A stretch of 32,000 nt of DNA, from assembly GCF_000441555.1 (NCBI RefSeq), contig NC_021885.1, positions 360,001 to 392,000 on the forward strand, read 5' to 3'. Below are positions 28,898-32,000 of this stretch, one piece after another (within the stretch, counting starts at the first letter, position 1; the number at the start of each line of letters is the position of its first letter). Made by a program: the position numbers and the translations under genes. The stretch comes from Candidatus Profftella armatura (GTDB lineage: Bacteria; Pseudomonadota; Gammaproteobacteria; Burkholderiales; Burkholderiaceae). A model generated the notes under the pieces. It saw only the letters and a program-made list of their open reading frames with translations, had not been told where the DNA came from and did no database searches.

Positions 28898-28926
28898 ATT
28901 ATATAGATATTTAATTAAATTTTCAA
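28898..28926 (-). promoter_or_regulatory. candidate sigma70-type promoter upstream of groES (TTGAAA-N17-TATAAT)
   Basis: On the minus strand the -35 TTGAAA is at 28926..28921 (context TCTCTTGAAAA), followed by a 17-nt spacer and the -10 TATAAT at 28903..28898. This implies a leader of about 210 nt. AT-rich background makes chance matches likely. Confidence 0.3.
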
Positions 28927-29126
28927 GAGAAAGTAAAGTTTTAGTTTATTTTATTTTTTCATCTTAAACTAATTAAGTATAAATTTATGTAAAATACTTT
29001 AAAATTGTTGATTTTAAATTGATCATATTAATTTATTTAAATTTAATAAAAATTATTTTTTAATAGGTATAACAATAAGAAATAAATAATTTCTAGATAA
29101 TTAATTTTTTAAAAATTACATAAAAT

Positions 29127-29798
29127 ATGACTCTTAAATTAGAAATATCTTGGAAATATCACTTACGAAAAGAATTTAGAAAACCGTATTGGAGGAAGTT
29201 GGCAAACTTTGTGCAATATGAATATGCAAATAAAATTTGTTTACCTGAAAGCCAATATATTTTTCGGGCATTTAATACAACACCTTTTGATTATGTTAAA
29301 GTTATTATTTTAGGTCAAGATCCTTATCATACACCAGGAATTGCTATGGGTTATTGTTTTTCTGTTCCAAATAACAGTAATTATATACCTCCCAGCTTAA
29401 GGAATATTTTTAAGGAAATGAAAAATGATATAGGTATTAAACGCTCTGAAACTGATTTAACGGATTTAGCAAAACAAGGTGTTTTTTTACTTAATAGTAT
29501 ATTAACTGTTTGCGCAGGAAAAGCTGGATCTCACTCAAAAAAGGGATGGGAATTTTTTACTGATAATGTTATTAAATGTTTATCAAATAAACATAAAAAT
29601 TTATTGTTTATTTTATGGGGTAATTATGCTATTTCTAAAAAAATATATATTGATCAAAGTAAACATTATATAATTTTTTCTTCACATCCGTCTCCCTTTT
29701 CAGCAAATAAAGGATTTTTTGGTAGTCGTCCATTTTCGTTTACAAATAAATATTTAATTTCTAAAAATATTAATCCAATAAATTGGATTAATAAATAA
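29127..29798 (+). CDS. ung: uracil-DNA glycosylase (family 1)
   Basis: 223-aa ORF with the catalytic water-activating motif VIILGQDPYH, the GVFLLN segment and the HPSPFS leucine-loop region. Confidence 0.95.
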   Translation: MTLKLEISWKYHLRKEFRKPYWRKLANFVQYEYANKICLPESQYIFRAFNTTPFDYVKVIILGQDPYHTPGIAMGYCFSVPNNSNYIPPSLRNIFKEMKNDIGIKRSETDLTDLAKQGVFLLNSILTVCAGKAGSHSKKGWEFFTDNVIKCLSNKHKNLLFILWGNYAISKKIYIDQSKHYIIFSSHPSPFSANKGFFGSRPFSFTNKYLISKNINPINWINK

Positions 29799-29817
29799 TT
29801 TTACATATTCTATCATT

Positions 29818-32000
<2,183 letters not shown>

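Noticed and set aside
28683-29126. CIRCE/HrcA operator or a full sigma32 promoter upstream of groES
   Set aside because: There is no TTAGCACTC-N9-GAGTGCTAA-like dyad. CCTCATAT resembles a sigma32 -10 but has no CTTGAA at 13-17 nt upstream, so the evidence is insufficient to annotate it.

Overview
This is a very AT-rich, gene-dense window that looks like part of a reduced obligate-endosymbiont chromosome. From memory, not from a search, the proteins (GroEL, GlnRS, YbiB, the stand-alone RnfB-like ferredoxin) look betaproteobacterial and Burkholderiales-like. An Alcaligenaceae-derived symbiont such as Candidatus Kinetoplastibacterium would fit. I can support 26 protein genes, all housekeeping: rplM-rpsI, glnS, an RnfB-like ferredoxin, a small zf-CHCC protein, rpmF, an rhlE-like helicase, erpA, orn, tldD, ybiB, dnaE, an ABC exporter, mnmG, rpmH-rnpA-yidC-mnmE, tsaD, ybaB, dnaX, glyA, groES-groEL, ung, and gyrB (which runs off the window end). 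There are also initiator tRNA-Met and tRNA-Lys(UUU). Four of these features are below the 60-aa cutoff of the ORF track and were read by hand: rpmH, rpmF, the zf-CHCC ORF and a tau-tail relic. I see no mobile element, CRISPR array, defence locus, toxin-antitoxin pair or biosynthetic cluster, and I cannot honestly point to a novel multi-gene system. The signals worth a second look are: (1) a frameshifted, truncated endonuclease III (nth) relic behind the rnfB-like gene, carrying an 18-bp in-frame tandem duplication; (2) a dnaX cut down to a gamma-like 397 aa, followed in the same frame by a 31-codon ORF that resembles the extreme C-terminal tail of tau; (3) an array of interlocking palindromes (two tandem 23-bp units) upstream of erpA that looks like an operator; (4) the origin-type neighbourhood mnmG | rpmH-rnpA-yidC-mnmE without dnaA; and (5) three unusually long non-coding spacers. 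All coordinates and repeat lengths were counted by hand. No GC values, skews or database searches were computed.
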